From NCBI GenBank assembly GCA_026770705.1, contig JANJGN010000033.1, forward strand, positions 14,942,001 through 15,006,000: 64,000 nt of DNA, written 5' to 3'. Numbering within the stretch: the first letter of the stretch is position 1; each line of letters begins with the position of its first letter. The notes under the pieces were generated by a model. The model searched no databases and was not told the origin of the DNA. It was given only the letters and a program-made list of their open reading frames with translations. Position numbers and translations under genes: made by a program. This DNA is from Isurus oxyrinchus (Eukaryota). Of the stretch, positions 1 to 12,300 are shown piece by piece.

Positions 1-306
1 GGTGTGGCGGATACTTGTTATTTAAATTCATTATTTATTTTTGCTTTGCTTTCGTTATTAATTAATTCAGCCACTCTAAAAGGGCTCGTTGCCTCCGTTC
101 TTTTCATTTCATGGCGCTAAGTCGCCCCTGTGTCTCCTGATTGTCACCTGAAGTAAATACATTTGTGCGAATTATTTTTTACTTATTAGATACCCCTTGT
201 ATCAATTTATACCTTGTATCAAGGTATAAATATGACCAGGCCTTCAGCGGGTTTAACTAAATAGGAATTGCATGGTCGTGTAAAAAGCTCTTGTTGCGAA
301 ACGCGT

Positions 307-314
307 TGACGTCA
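307..314. promoter_or_regulatory. Perfect CRE palindrome TGACGTCA about 90 bp upstream of the first GPCR exon
   Basis: Motif match only; function untested. Confidence 0.3.
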
Positions 315-401
315 TTTGATTGTTCACTGATTGTAATTAAGCTCAATGAAGATGGGGCCAGATTTTATGGCGGGGTGAATTAACTCTCCTACAAATAAGG
401 G

Positions 402-3400
402 ATGCTTTCGAAATCTGTCAATCGGAAAATATACTCGCCATCAACGACAATCGTCCAATCAGCAATTCTTATCCAAATGGAAGCAATGTCTCTTAGTTAT
501 TTGATCAAACTCAAGGTCCTGTGGCGCTTAATGATATGCAGAAGATGTACTATCCGACCTTGGCTGCAGTCGGCGTCCCGGGTAAATTAGATCTAAGGGC
601 TGTTTTATCAGGAAACGTAATTTAACAGTATGTGTGTCAGGGTCCACGTGCCGCAGGGATTAAAATTCGAGAATGCTTTGGTTGCTCTACAGGAATTAGT
701 TGACACGATAATCTGCGGAACTTTACTGAAATGAGAATTAATTAATTATTTATTTCTTACGCTCTTTCTTACGTTCTTTCTTTCTATAATACCCAGCTTG
801 CACTAATATGAATTGTCATTTATTTGTGCCTGTTTCATGATACATGTTCCCTTGATATTTTGAGTTTTCTTGTGCTCCATTCGGACTATTTTCTTGAGAT
901 GACTGTGAATGCAGCACAGACAATGTCACAAGGTCTTTAATGCTTGTGTGTAAGTTCCTGCATGTGCAGGGGCCGAATGCCCAAGGCAGCAAATTTCATT
1001 CCATCTCACAGTCTTGAATTTCTGCAGTTTACAGCTGTAGTTTAATTTCTATAATCAGTCCCAGCTGAGAAATTGAGGAGAATAAAGTTGAAACATAGAT
1101 GGCGAAATATAGTTGAGTTCTTATATTTTCTACCTTTTCCTGTTCCACAGTTGTTTCACTGCTAATGTAGAAATTAAAATGGTCACTATTATTATTGAGC
1201 TCATTATCATGATTCCATATTCCACTAATTGAATTGCACAAGACCCTAATTAATCAGCTGCTGAGACTGGAGATGAGCACATCTGCAATTCGACGTAGTC
1301 AAAAATAATTCATTGCGAATCCAGGAACAGAGAAACCGAAAGAAGTTAATCAGAGTCCAGAGCCAGCAAGGCAAGTATTTAATGTTTCTGTGCAGGGAAA
1401 AGAAAATGCAACAATAACGCTGCAAAGGTTACATATAATTGCTTTATTTGTGCAGTTTTACAGAAGCACTGAATTAATTAAATTGGTGTTCAAAGTGTTT
1501 GAACTCAGGAAGATACATACGACCATGGAAATTAGGAGTACGGTAGGCCACTCAGCCCCTCGAACCTACTCCACCATTCAATACAATCATGGCTGATCTG
1601 ATCCAACCCCAAATTCCAGACAACACTTCAGTCCCTTGTTATTCAAGAATCCCTCTGGTTCCAATTTAAAAATATTTGAAGACTCTCCATCCATTGCCCT
1701 TTGAGGAAAAGAGCTCCAAAGACTCGCATTTTTTTTAAATCTCCTTATCTCTGTCTTAAATGAACGACCCCTTATTTTTAAAAAAAGTGACCGTGAGTTC
1801 TAGATTCTCCAACGGGAGGAAACATCCACTCCACATCCACCCTCTGAAGGCAACTCAGGATCTAAAATGCATCAATCTTACTCTTCTAAATTGCAGTTAG
1901 TACAAACCTAACCTGTCCAACCTTTCCTCATATGGCAGCCCGGTCATTCCTGGCTACTCTAAAAAATTGTAGCCCTGGTTTATCGCATTCGCCTAACTCT
2001 CAACCTATTTCTTCAACTACCCAGATCGGGCATTTACGCACTTCCATCCTCTCAAAAAGCTCACTCATACACAGAGTAATTAAGCCCAGAAATGACCCAT
2101 ACTTTCATGGCTCAGATGTAAGCAATATTTATTTTTCTGTTAAATGCTATGGCATTGGTCTTCATATCAGAAGCATTCGAAGCAATGTTGCAAAATCAAC
2201 TATGTAATCATTGTGTTGAGCTGTGATCTGTCAGTTATCGCCACAATCCCTCAGAATGGTTATATTGGTTTTCATTCATGCATCAGATATTCATCAGAAC
2301 GGTGCCTGTCATAGAAGTGTTAAATTATAAGGCCAGTGTGCACAGGAAATGTTTTTACGCCCATGACCCTAGAGAATTAAGAATTAAACTAATACAGGTA
2401 TTTAACTCCATGCTTTTATGCGGTAGAAAGAGATAGCTATGAATAATCCAATTGGAGTGAGGTACCAGAACAATGGGGCCTAAATTTAAGATTAAATATG
2501 GAGCGATCAGTTGTAATTTCATGGAAGATCTAATCACACATTGCATTGTGGGAATCCAGGGCTATATAAATTGCAATTTTGAAAATTGAGATTGCTACGT
2601 TTCTTTTTCGAGTTAAAGTTATTAAAATTTACAAAAACATTGATGGAAAATAAAATAGAAATTAACCAGGATCTACATGAATGGAGCAACGGCCCCAACA
2701 ATGTGAAATGTTTTTTTTTTTGATCCGAGGTTTACAAATGTCTGTGTAGTTTGTCCCTGATTTGGAGATTAGTCCTTTGCCGTAGTCATACCAGCAACAA
2801 TTTTTATTTACTTTGATCATGTTTCATCTCATCCATTGCTTTGCCTTTTTGCCAAATAGCTAATGATTACTATGTTTGCACATCGTCTCTCCCAGACATC
2901 CTCCCATAGATGAAATAATGAGAATTGATCACTCAATGCAAATTTAAAGAGCACATTTCTTGTCAAAATTGGGTGTTGTGAAAATAGTTGATAAACTATC
3001 AAACAATCTGTTCTGTTATTTCACTGGAGGCACAACAAACCTGCGTTTCTGTGCCCTGCCTGGTCCTAAATGTTCATATTTCCCTCTTCCTTCAAGTTAA
3101 CATGGTGACAATTGCGATCTTGGCTCGGGGAAAATGTGGCCTTTCCAAATGTGTCACTCACTACCTGATGTCTATGGCAGCGGCTGATCTACTGGTCATT
3201 ATCTTCGATCTGATATTAAGGCAAATTCCTATTGCGTATTGGGAAAAATTTCTTATTCTGAAATCCGTTCCACTATGTAACATCCATGCTATTCTGCTTT
3301 ATGCTGCCACAGACTGCTTTGTCTGGTTCACAGTCACTTTCATCTTTGATCAATTCATAGCCATTTGTTCCCAAAAGCTAAAAACTAAACATTGTACTGA

Positions 3401-3990
3401 GAAAATGGTGAATGTGGTTTTAGGATCTGTGACTGTGTTGAGCTGTTTGAAGAACTTTTTCTGATGTTTTCTCTATTCAAGTTGGTACTGGCTATCTAAC
3501 AGTCCCTGGATTTGTAACATTACATATGATGTACTACGTTCAAAGCCTGGGCAATCATTGAATTGATTCATTTTAATATAACACCATTTATTCCATTTCT
3601 TTTGATTCTACTGTTCAATGCTTTGACGGTCAGAAATATTTTAATAGCCAGCAGGACATGCAGGAGGCTCCGAGGTCAGACCACTGAGAAGACGCCAAGT
3701 GACCCAGAGATGGGGAGATGAAGGAAATCCATGACTGTGCTGATTGTTATATCGGGGAATTTCTTGCTCTTATGGGTGGTGTTTATTCTTTATCCCATGT
3801 TGAGGCGATTTGATTACTTGGATTATTCAGTTTCTCTGCCAACATTTGCAGTGGAAATCGGCTTTATGCTCCAGCTTTTTATTTGCTGCACAAACACTTT
3901 ATTTATGCAGCGACTCGGAGGAACTTCCGAGAAGAGATTAAGAATGGAATGAAGTATCCCTTCACAATGTTGGTCAAATTAATTCGATGA
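402..3990 (+). pseudogene. Two-exon class A GPCR pseudogene, shark GPR139-like family (exon 1 about 402-581, exon 2 3097-3990)
   Basis: Exon 1 ends ...MQKMYYPTLAAVGVP-G|gtaaat (donor at 582, phase 1), with an apparent 1-nt frameshift near 524. A pyrimidine tract and ag acceptor at 3095-3096 give V-NMVTIAILARGKCGLSKCVTHYLMSMAAADLLVII...FTVTFIFDQFIAIC...PFIPFLLILLFNALTVRNILIASR...RKSMTVLIVISGNFLLLW...CCTNT-IYAATRRNFRE. In-frame stops at 3462 and 3719; frameshifts near 3546 and 3899; terminal TGA at 3988-3990. Confidence 0.88.
1527..1950 (-). mobile_element. CR1-type LINE 3' fragment
   Basis: Begins with the reverse-strand CR1 3' end (gaaattaggagtacggtaggccactcagcccctcgaacc...catggctgatctg), followed by decayed ORF2 C-terminal sequence. 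Confidence 0.65.
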
Positions 3991-4394
3991 GAATTCCTGA
4001 AACATGTCAACATTAATCTGGACATTTTTGACAACTTCTGTGAAATTATCTTTTCAGTTCAGCTCCGTTCCTTAAAATGTCACAATATCTCCAAATCTTA
4101 ACAGTAACTTACGTTTTAGTTCAAGACATTTAAAAGATATGTTCTCAAAGTATAAGGCCAAGGTTTAAATTAGCTCACCATGCTTTAAATTGATAATTTT
4201 CGAAAGGGGACAAATGGCTCAACACAGTGTAAAGTGGCTGTCCAGGTATACTTTGGCAATAAATAGTGTTGATGTTCTTCACAACATCAATGCATTGGTT
4301 CACAATTTTCCTGCTCCTCGGGGTGGTTATTTCAGAATTAAAGAATGGTCACAGCGCAGAGAAGGCCATTTGGCCTGGGGTTTCTGGGGTGACT

Positions 4395-5070
4395 CTCCGG
4401 AGAAGCAATATCTGAATGCCATTCACAACGTTTCCTCCATAGCCCTGTACATTATTCCTTTCCAGATAATAATCATTTTCCCTTTTGAATGTCTCGGTTG
4501 AATCTTCCACCCTCACACTCGGAGACAGTGCATTGCACGTCCAATCCACTCACTGCGTGGAAAGGTTTCTTTTGCCAAATTACTCAAATCTCTGCCATCG
4601 TGTTTTGAATTCTGCCACTTATGGGGGCAGCATTTTCCTATCTGCTCTGCGCAAAGCCCTCATGATTTTTTAACCCTTTACCAAATCTCTTCTCATCCTT
4701 TGCTTCTCCAAGGACAATAGCTCCAACCACTCCCACATGTCCACCCCAACGTTGGAATCGTGTTCATGAATCTTTTCTGCACTTTCTCTAATGCTGTCAC
4801 ATCGGTACTAAATTGTGATGTCCAGACCTAGACAATACTCCAATGGAGGCCAAGCCAGTTTTCTATAAATCTTTAACATAAGCACTTTGCTTTTTCATTC
4901 TTTGTCCCTATAAATCAAGGAAAGGATGTCATATGTTTCATTAACTCGGCTCAAGGTGTTCTGCCACATTCAATGACTTACAGACAAATACAGCCAGGTC
5001 CCTCTGCTCGTGCACTCCCTTTCGAATTGTGTCCTTTATTTTACATTGCCTCTCTCCGTGATTCCTACCA
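4395..5070 (-). mobile_element. Decayed CR1-like LINE fragment
   Basis: Resembles the other minus-strand CR1 ORF2 3' fragments in the window (e.g. 16410-17580). Confidence 0.5.
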
Positions 5071-5278
5071 TCTTATTACTTGAATGTTGAGAGGTTTCCC
5101 TGATCTCTGCTTGTTTTTGAGGGTTTGGAGGAGGGGGGTGTTGTTGGGATTTACTTTCTGAAAATACTAAAGGATATCATGAGAAAGGACAAAGCTGCAA
5201 GACGACTTTTATTTAAAACAAAAACAGAATTACCTGGAAAAACTCAGCAGGTCTGGCAGCATTGGCGGAGAAGAAAAG

Positions 5279-5317
5279 AGTTGACGTTTCGAGTCCTCAT
5301 GACCCTTCGACAGAACT
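5279..5317 (-). ncRNA. Minimal type I hammerhead ribozyme in Penelope pseudo-LTR
   Basis: Minus strand reads AGUU-CUGUCGA-A-GGGUC-AUGAG-GACUC-GAAAC-GUC-AACU: stem I AGUU/AACU, stem II GGGUC/GACUC, GAAA box, ACGU palindromic stem III and a GUC cleavage triplet. Confidence 0.7.
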
Positions 5318-5719
5318 TGATTTCGAGTCCAAGAAAGAGTTGAAATATAAGCTGGTTTAAGGTGTGTGTGGGGGGGGGGGGGGGGGCGGAGAGAGAGAGA
5401 GAGAGACAGAGGTGCTTGTGTAGACAAACAAGCAGTGATAGAAGCAGATCATCAAAAGATGTCAGCAACAATGGTACAAAAGAACACATAGGTGTTAAAG
5501 TTAAAGTTGGTGATATTATCTAAACGAATGTGCTAATTAAGAATGGATGGTAGGGCACTCAAGGTATAGCTCTAGTGGGGGTGGGGGGAGCATAAAAGAT
5601 TTTAAAATATTTAAAAATAATGGAAATAGGTGGGAAAAGAAAAATCTATAAAATTTATAGGGAAAAAAAAGGGGAAAAAAGGAGGGAAACAGAAAGGGGG
5701 TGGGGATGGGGGAGGGAGC

Positions 5720-6515
5720 TCACGACCTAAAGTTATTGAATTCAATATTCAGACCGGAAGGCTGTAAGGTGCCTAGTCGGAAGATGAGGTGTTGTTCCTC
5801 CAGTTTGCGTTGGGCTTCACTGGAACAATGCAGTAAGCCAAGGACAGACATGTGGGCAAGAGAGCAGGGTGGAGTGTTAAAATGGCAAGCGACAGGGAGG
5901 TTTGGATCATTCTTGCGGACAGACCGCAGGTGTTCTGCAAAGCGGTCGCCCAGTTTACGTTTGGTCTCTCCAATGTAGAGGAGACCACATTGGGAGCAAC
6001 GAATGCAGTAGACTAAGTTGGGGGAAATGCAAGTGAAATGCTGCTTCACTTGAAAGGAATGTTTGGGCCCTTGGACGGTGAGGAGAGAGGAAGTGAAGGG
6101 GCAGGTGTTACATCTTTTGCGTGGGCATGGGGTGGTGCCATAGGAGGGGGTTGAGGAGTAGGGGGTGATGGAGGAGTGGACCAGGGTGTCCCGGAGGGAG
6201 CGATCCCTACGGAATGCCGATAAGGGGGGTGAAGGGAAGATGTGTTTGGTGGTGGCATCATGCTGGAGTTGGCGGAAATGGCGGAGGATGATCCTTTGAA
6301 TGCGGAGGCTGGTGGGGTGATAAGTGAGGACAAGGGGGACCCTATCATGTTTCTGGGAGGGAGGAGAAGGCGTGAGGGCGGATGCGCGGGAGATGGGCCG
6401 GACACGGTTGAGGGCCCTGTCAACGACCGTGGGTGGAAAACCTCGGTTAAGGAAGAAGGAGGACATGTCAGAGGAACCGTTTTTGAAGGTAGCATCATCG
6501 GAACAGATGCGACGA
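5720..6515 (-). CDS. Penelope ORF fragment: RT thumb/linker plus GIY-YIG endonuclease (no natural start; truncated)
   Basis: VY..C..C...YIGET GIY-YIG signature; uninterrupted frame. Confidence 0.85.
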
Positions 6516-8574
6516 ATGCTTATTTTCATGACATCACCTGGTCAGATGGCCAAATGTATTTAATGTTCTTGATCTGGTGGTACCAAAGGCAGCAAACACT
6601 GAGGCATTAGCTCCTATTGAGAGCCACATTGGAGCTACAACACAGGAGCCTAATTTGTTTGGACATTGGGGGCTGTAGTTCAGCAGAAATAATTCCATGG
6701 ATGTAGCTAGTGAACAACTCGTATTCAAGGTGTCAATGGCACTCTTCAGCGTGTGAACCTGGAATAGTTGCTCTATATATATAGCCTGTAATTTATACCA
6801 ATTTACTTAGGGCTGCTTCTAGGAGACATTGAGCCTGTTCGGCTTGGCAGCCATTGTAATTAGCTAGAGTGTTAATTTGGTCCTGGACCCTCGGCAGCAC
6901 CTGTACCTCATGCACCACCAAGTCTGGGCACCCACCGACAACCCACCACAACACTCCCACCTAATAGCCTCTGCTCAGCATCTGTTGCTCCTGCTCTAAT
7001 AAAAATACCTCCTTCCCCCCATACCATTCCTCGGATCCTTGAAGCCTCAGCACTCCAGATGTCAGAGGAGTGATGGCAGTCAATGGCAGCCTTTTGGCTG
7101 AGCCGAAGTGGCCTCTGGTCGCTGGTGTTGTGAACGGAGCCGGGGATCTGAGGGGTGAGCGTTGAGCAGAGGTGGATGGAACGGGGACAATGGGGGCATA
7201 GGTAAGAGAGGGAAGATCTGGTTATGGAGCCAGCAGTGGCAAAGTAGGTGAGTCATGTTTGCCTAGGGGTTTGAGCTAGAGGACCAGGAAGGTCCTGGGA
7301 TTAAAAGTTGAATCAATGAAACCCTGAAGCTCACATTCCCAAATTCACACATTTATTACAGCGAACAATCACGCCATTCCGCCCGTCATGCCTGTGCTTT
7401 CAGGATGACTCTGGAAAACACTTGGAAACAATGTAGAACATTTAGCTGTCTTTGAACTGAAGGCAGACCTGAAGGAGCAAAACTCCAGATTGTAACACCT
7501 TAGGCTGAGCAAACTTCGCTGGAATTGCACCACCCACTGGACCTTCCAGGTCAGCTGGCTGATTAATCCCTGCTTTTTTTTGGAGAGCAATTGCTCGCTG
7601 CACATTAACAAGGGAGCAAGACAGTAACTTAAAATGCAGTCAGCAAGAATGCCTTAACTTTGTCCCTGACCGCAAATCAAAGTCAAGGGACTAAATTCAA
7701 AGCTTTGAGATCAAGACTGTTACCCACTTTGCGGTGTGTATTATGGGGTGTGATGATGTCAGGTGGAGTTTACGAAGTCAACACGCCTATTTCTGCTAAT
7801 ATGCACACGGGCGGGTCAAAAAAGTCGGGAACCTCCCCGTGTTAGATAAATATCAATTTTAAAGGCATTTGAACTAATTAACTACCCATCTCACTGCAAT
7901 AATACCGTCATCAGGGAATAATATGACTTCGGGGAGATTTACGACAGGTGGGCAATTCGTTTTTGTGAGGGTACGTTTGTTTGGGCGGGTTTTAAATGCG
8001 CAGCTTTGCAGTTTAAATTCTGCTGACTGCAGGGACTGCTGATATGAGTGGACAGAGAAGCCTTTTGAATATCTTTTAGGAGAGAAACTCTCCTCTGATG
8101 AAGCGGGCCTGTATTATGGAACACGTTTTCTGCCCATCAAAGAGGGCTGAGGACTAATACGTGCTTGAGACAGGTAGGGCTTGTTGCCTCAGTTGGAGAC
8201 ACAACCTCCAGTGAGGAGGAGATAAGGATTAGGAGGAGGTGGAGGAGAAGGGTGCGAAGAAGAAGGGAACACTGCGAGGCTCAGGCTGCTTCCTTCCTCA
8301 GGACAAGGGCAGAGCAGCACTGTTAGATGTCGAAGGGAAGGTGGAATGTGTTAAAGGAGGTCATCATATCCAATAACAGTGGCGACATGAAAAATTGTTT
8401 TAATTACTGCGAAAATGAGTGAAATAAATTCTTGTGATCATGGACTTGCAGAAGCTAGTTCATGCAAAATATGCTAACAGACTGTTAACTAAAATGGAAG
8501 ACAAATTTCATGTGCTTGGCTGAAGAATAAAATGCAGAGAACAGAAATAATGGACGAGCATTGTTAAGAAACAT

Positions 8575-8725
8575 ATTAAGTAGTTCAGGCACTTGCAGCA
8601 GTGAGGGGGAAAGAGTTAATGAAGAGGAGACATATCGGGCCTAAAACGTAAGCTCTGTTTTTCTCTCGACAGATGCTGCCCAGACCTCTTAGGTTTTTTG
8701 CAGCACTCTCCATTTTAATTCAGGT
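8575..8725. repeat. Old, degenerate Penelope pseudo-LTR pair (inverted); paralogue at about 53940-54095
   Basis: agagttaatgaagaggagacatatcgggcctaaaacgtaagctctgtttttctctcgacagatgctgcccagacct resembles the pseudo-LTR/hammerhead consensus on the + strand. It is preceded by a reverse-oriented copy of the same terminus. Confidence 0.5.
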
Positions 8726-9857
8726 TCCCAATATTTTGCTTTTATTGTAAAATATTAAACTTTTTAACGCAACAATCTTTGGCCAGAAGCTGAAAAGGAC
8801 AGCCATGCGGCAGGAATACCACAATAAAAACAAAAGGGAACTCGAGGAAAGGGACGACATAAGTCTTGTGACATAATGGAAGCCTAAGTGAATGAATGGG
8901 TCGAATTTATGGTGCAAGGCAGCATTGAGTGTAAATAGGACAGGTTCAAAACCAAGTTAATCGGAGGGAATTGTGGGTGACAGGAGCAGGATAATTATCA
9001 GCACCCAAGTCTAAAGAAATGGAAGAAAATGGTTACAAGAGGGTTCCAGAAGCCTAGAAGATTGTAAGGTGCCTAACATAGAGCTGAGGTTTGGTGTATC
9101 TTGAGAATCCTTAGAGCAATATAGCAGGCCGTGGGCATAGAAAGTGGAATGGAACTGGGTGGACAATTAAAGTCACAAGAATTTCATGTTCATGATTAAG
9201 AACATATGGACATACAAAATGGAGATAATTTCGAACTTGCACAGCAAACAATATGATCTTAACTGACCTTCTATCTCAACGGAAATTTCATGCACGCTCA
9301 CCATCACTTTTGATTCCCCGAGAGATTAATTCCTCGGTTCTCAGTCTTTAATGGGCTCATTGCTGGAGCATCCACTGCCCCTTGTGATTGACCAAGTTTA
9401 ATATTCACAATCCTATGAGTAGAGAACTTGCTCTTCATTGCAGAATTCATTGATCAACGGCTTATGGTGTGGTTGTTCCCCAGCCACCCTCCCCCACACC
9501 TCCCCCCCACCCCCCGACCACTCCCAGCCCACCCGTTCACAACTCACTAGACTGGGTAAAGAGCTTCTCAATATCTTCAAGTAGGGTAACCCCTTACAAG
9601 TGTTAAATATTTCAATGATACCACCATAATTCTTCTAAGCACCAGGCAGCATAGGCCAAATTTACTCAAACCATCGTCATAGGAAAACATTCCCTTTCCA
9701 GGAACCCAAATCCTTACTCTAACCTCTCCAATGTAAGTATATCCTGCCATACGCATGGAGAGCAAAACTGCGTACAACACTCCAGATGTGTCTCACTAAA
9801 GCATTATACACTAGTAGGATCACTTCATTATTCTTGTGTTACAACCCCAATAAAAAC

Positions 9858-10505
9858 TAACATGGAAGTGCAGCATGCAATTAGGAAGGTGAATTGTATG
9901 TTGGCCTTTAATGGAATATGATTTGAGTACGGGTAAAGAAGTGTGGCTGTATTTATATCCAGCCTTGGTGAGAATGCAACTGGAGTATTGTGTATGGTTT
10001 TGGTTCACTTGCCACAGTGAAAGTGCACCTAAAATTACCCAGAATGATTTTTTGGATGCTTGTGAGTCCTCTGAGTAGTCTAGGCCTGTATTCGCTGGAG
10101 TTTCAAAGAATGAGAGATGACCTCATTGGAACTTGCAAAGCTTATAGGGTTCTACACGGTAGATGCAGGAAGGATGTTTCCCCTGGCTGGAGTGTCTAGA
10201 ACCACGGGACACACTCTCAGAATAGGAGTTATACCATTTAAGACTGAGATGAGGGGGAGTTTCTTCGCTCAGAGGAAGGTGAATCTTTGGAATTCACTGC
10301 GCCTTAGGGCTGTGGAGGCTAAGTCATTGAGCATGCTCAGCACTGACACTGATAGATTTTGCATAGTAAAAAACTTCAAGGGATATGACGATATTGCAGG
10401 AAAATGACGTTGAAGTAGAAGATCAGCTAATATCTCATTGCATGGCAGAGCGAGGTTGAAGGGCCTAATGGCCTCCTGCTGCTCCTATTTTTTTATATTC
10501 TTAGG
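9858..10505 (+). mobile_element. CR1 LINE 3' fragment (preceded by an inverted CR1 piece at about 9560-9810); paralogues at 20540-21180 and 54222-54420
   Basis: LYPALVRMQLEYCVWFW, LGLYSLEFQRMRDDLI, MFPLAGVSRTTGHTLRI..FKTEMRGSFFAQRKVNLWNSL. Confidence 0.85.
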
Positions 10506-10884
10506 TTACGATGGTCTGGTTACAATAGTGTCAATACTAATGGATGCAAGCGAGGGCAGTGCCGCCAAATAGGGTAATTTCAGTTGTATGGTGAGATGAT
10601 GGGCGGTTTTCCTCCAGGATTCCAAGAGAGTATGGAGATTGGAAAGTATGAGGACATGGAAGGATTTAAGCTTAAGGACTCAGTGATCAAATTGAAAGCA
10701 TTGGGAGTTTTAGAAGAAATGTGCTTCAGTGGTTATGTGGATAAGTGGCAAATGGTTCTTACCGAGGTCTTTAAATGAGCAGTACAGTTTTGGCACAATT
10801 GGTACCATTAGGAGTTGGGGAAAAGAGCTGCAGTTAGAAAACCGACTCTGTGTTGCAGGCCGCTGGGGCAGAAGCACCTCTTTG

Positions 10885-11090
10885 AAGCTGTGAAATTCCT
10901 TCTATCTCAGTTTTAAATGAGTGCCCCGTTATTCTGTAACTATGCATCCTAGTTCGAGACTCTTCGACGAGTGGAAACATCTTCTCAATATCTACTCTGT
11001 CAAACACCCCCAGAATCTTGTACATTTCAATAAAATCAACCCTCATTCTTCTAAAGTCTAATGAATGAAGACATAACGTGTTTAGCCCTT
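10885..11090 (-). mobile_element. CR1 LINE fragment; longer paralogue at 55395-55830
   Basis: LHSLDFRRMRVDFIEMYKIL..FDRVDIEKMFPLVEESRTRMHSYRI. Confidence 0.8.
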
Positions 11091-11489
11091 GTGATGTAAG
11101 TGCATAGTTTAAACTTCCTAGCATTTCTGTCGATGTCAGGATGACTCGCCTGTACGTATCTTTCATTTTCCCCGCCCCTTATTCTTGAATAGCGGTATTA
11201 CATTTGCTAACGTCAAATCCGCTGAGATTCAATGGGGAATTTTGCAGAATCATAGCCACTGACTCAATTAACCCATATTTATAATGTGTTTTACAACTCA
11301 AGGAATTAGACACTGAGGCCGTGGGCATTTTCTGGCTTATAATTCATTCATTCGGAAGCTAGATTTTAAAGTGGCCATTATTTCTCTTAATACCAGATTT
11401 CTTTATAGAATGCAACATTGCTATATCGGCCTCCCTCCAAGCAATATTTCTTTATAGTCCCCATTGAGATTATTGCCCCTTTGCACAAT

Positions 11490-12300
11490 AAATGAAACTA
11501 ACAAAAGGAGCTGGGAGTGGTTGGGATGGCGGTCAACATCACCTCATAGGGCACTTGTAATTAAAAGAAAAAACGTGAAAGGAAAGTTAATTAACTGAAC
11601 CAAAGTGTTACTTCTAGCGGTGACGATGCACCCCAAACCCTGTGATGCCCATTGATTGCAGAAGGCTTGCCGTGTACCGGTGAACAGCGTGTGCTCACAC
11701 TCCAGGGCCATAAACATAGGGGCAGCAGAGGGGTAGACAGTCAGGCTGGACGATCCCCTCGACCGCCCGCTGCCTGGATCTGTTGATGGCCACATTGGCC
11801 AGGTCCAGGAGCTGGCTTACGTAGAGGTGCCTCCCTCCCCGCACCACTCCGAACTAGGTGATCAGCAGTGGGTCTGAACCACAATCAACACATCCATTAT
11901 TGAAAAAGGGGCTCAAACCTCGGGGAATCAACGTACAGGTGGAGCACAGACTCCCATTGGCTGCAGAAAACACACGAGAGGGAGTCTGTGATTCGCTTTA
12001 ATCTATGATTACATGTACTGTTGCATGCAACACCCTCCAAGCGAGGTCCCTGATGGAAAAAGTATTTTTGTTGCTTTTTAAGTTAAACGAAATCAATAAA
12101 TTAAACTAAAAACCAATAAATCAGAGGGGAGACAGACCTTTCACAAAAACGTGAAAGGTAACTTACAAAAGTAAATAAAATTGTATTTTCTGCAGCGATC
12201 CCTGTTGCCCTCCAATCGCAGAAGGCCTCTCAGATACCTTTGGACACAGCATGTTCCATCTCCAGGGCCACCGAACACCACCGTAGCCTCAGTAGAGGGC
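11490..12300 (-). mobile_element. Two head-to-tail Tx1-like (L1 clade) LINE 3' fragments; paralogues at 21655-22035 and 56250-57135
   Basis: Minus-strand translation gives decayed IRDLAWRVLHA...FC...ESVLHLYV...LLDLANVAINRSRQRAVEGIVQPDCLPL. The same 3' UTR (aaaaacgtgaaagg) occurs twice, near 11570 and 12145. Confidence 0.7.

Larger units (their letters stand above)
5213..6515 (-). mobile_element. Young, 5'-truncated Penelope-like retroelement (RT C-terminus, GIY-YIG endonuclease, pseudo-LTR)
   Basis: Open 269-aa minus-strand frame with RRICSDD...FLNRGFPP, PLVLTYHP, CPRKRCNTCP, NLVYCIRCSQCGLLYIGETKRKLGDRFAEH, VACHFN and LGTLQPSGLN. It ends in a pseudo-LTR (...GCTGCCAGACCTGCTGAGTTTTTCCAGG). Confidence 0.93.

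Noticed and set aside
2988-3096. N-terminal part of ORF 2988-3464
   Set aside because: Intronic read-through upstream of the acceptor at 3096. The same applies to the post-donor tails of ORFs 19601-19795 and 36133-36408.
402-3990. Assigning the gene symbol GPR139
   Set aside because: These are multi-copy lineage-specific paralogues; orthology cannot be shown from the sequence.
5700-6610. Overlapping ORFs (5700+, 6046-, 6242+, 6324+)
   Set aside because: Shadow frames of the GC-rich Penelope ORF.
7088-7111. gccttttggctgag resembles the U2 snRNA 5' end
   Set aside because: The match is too short and the rest of U2 is absent.
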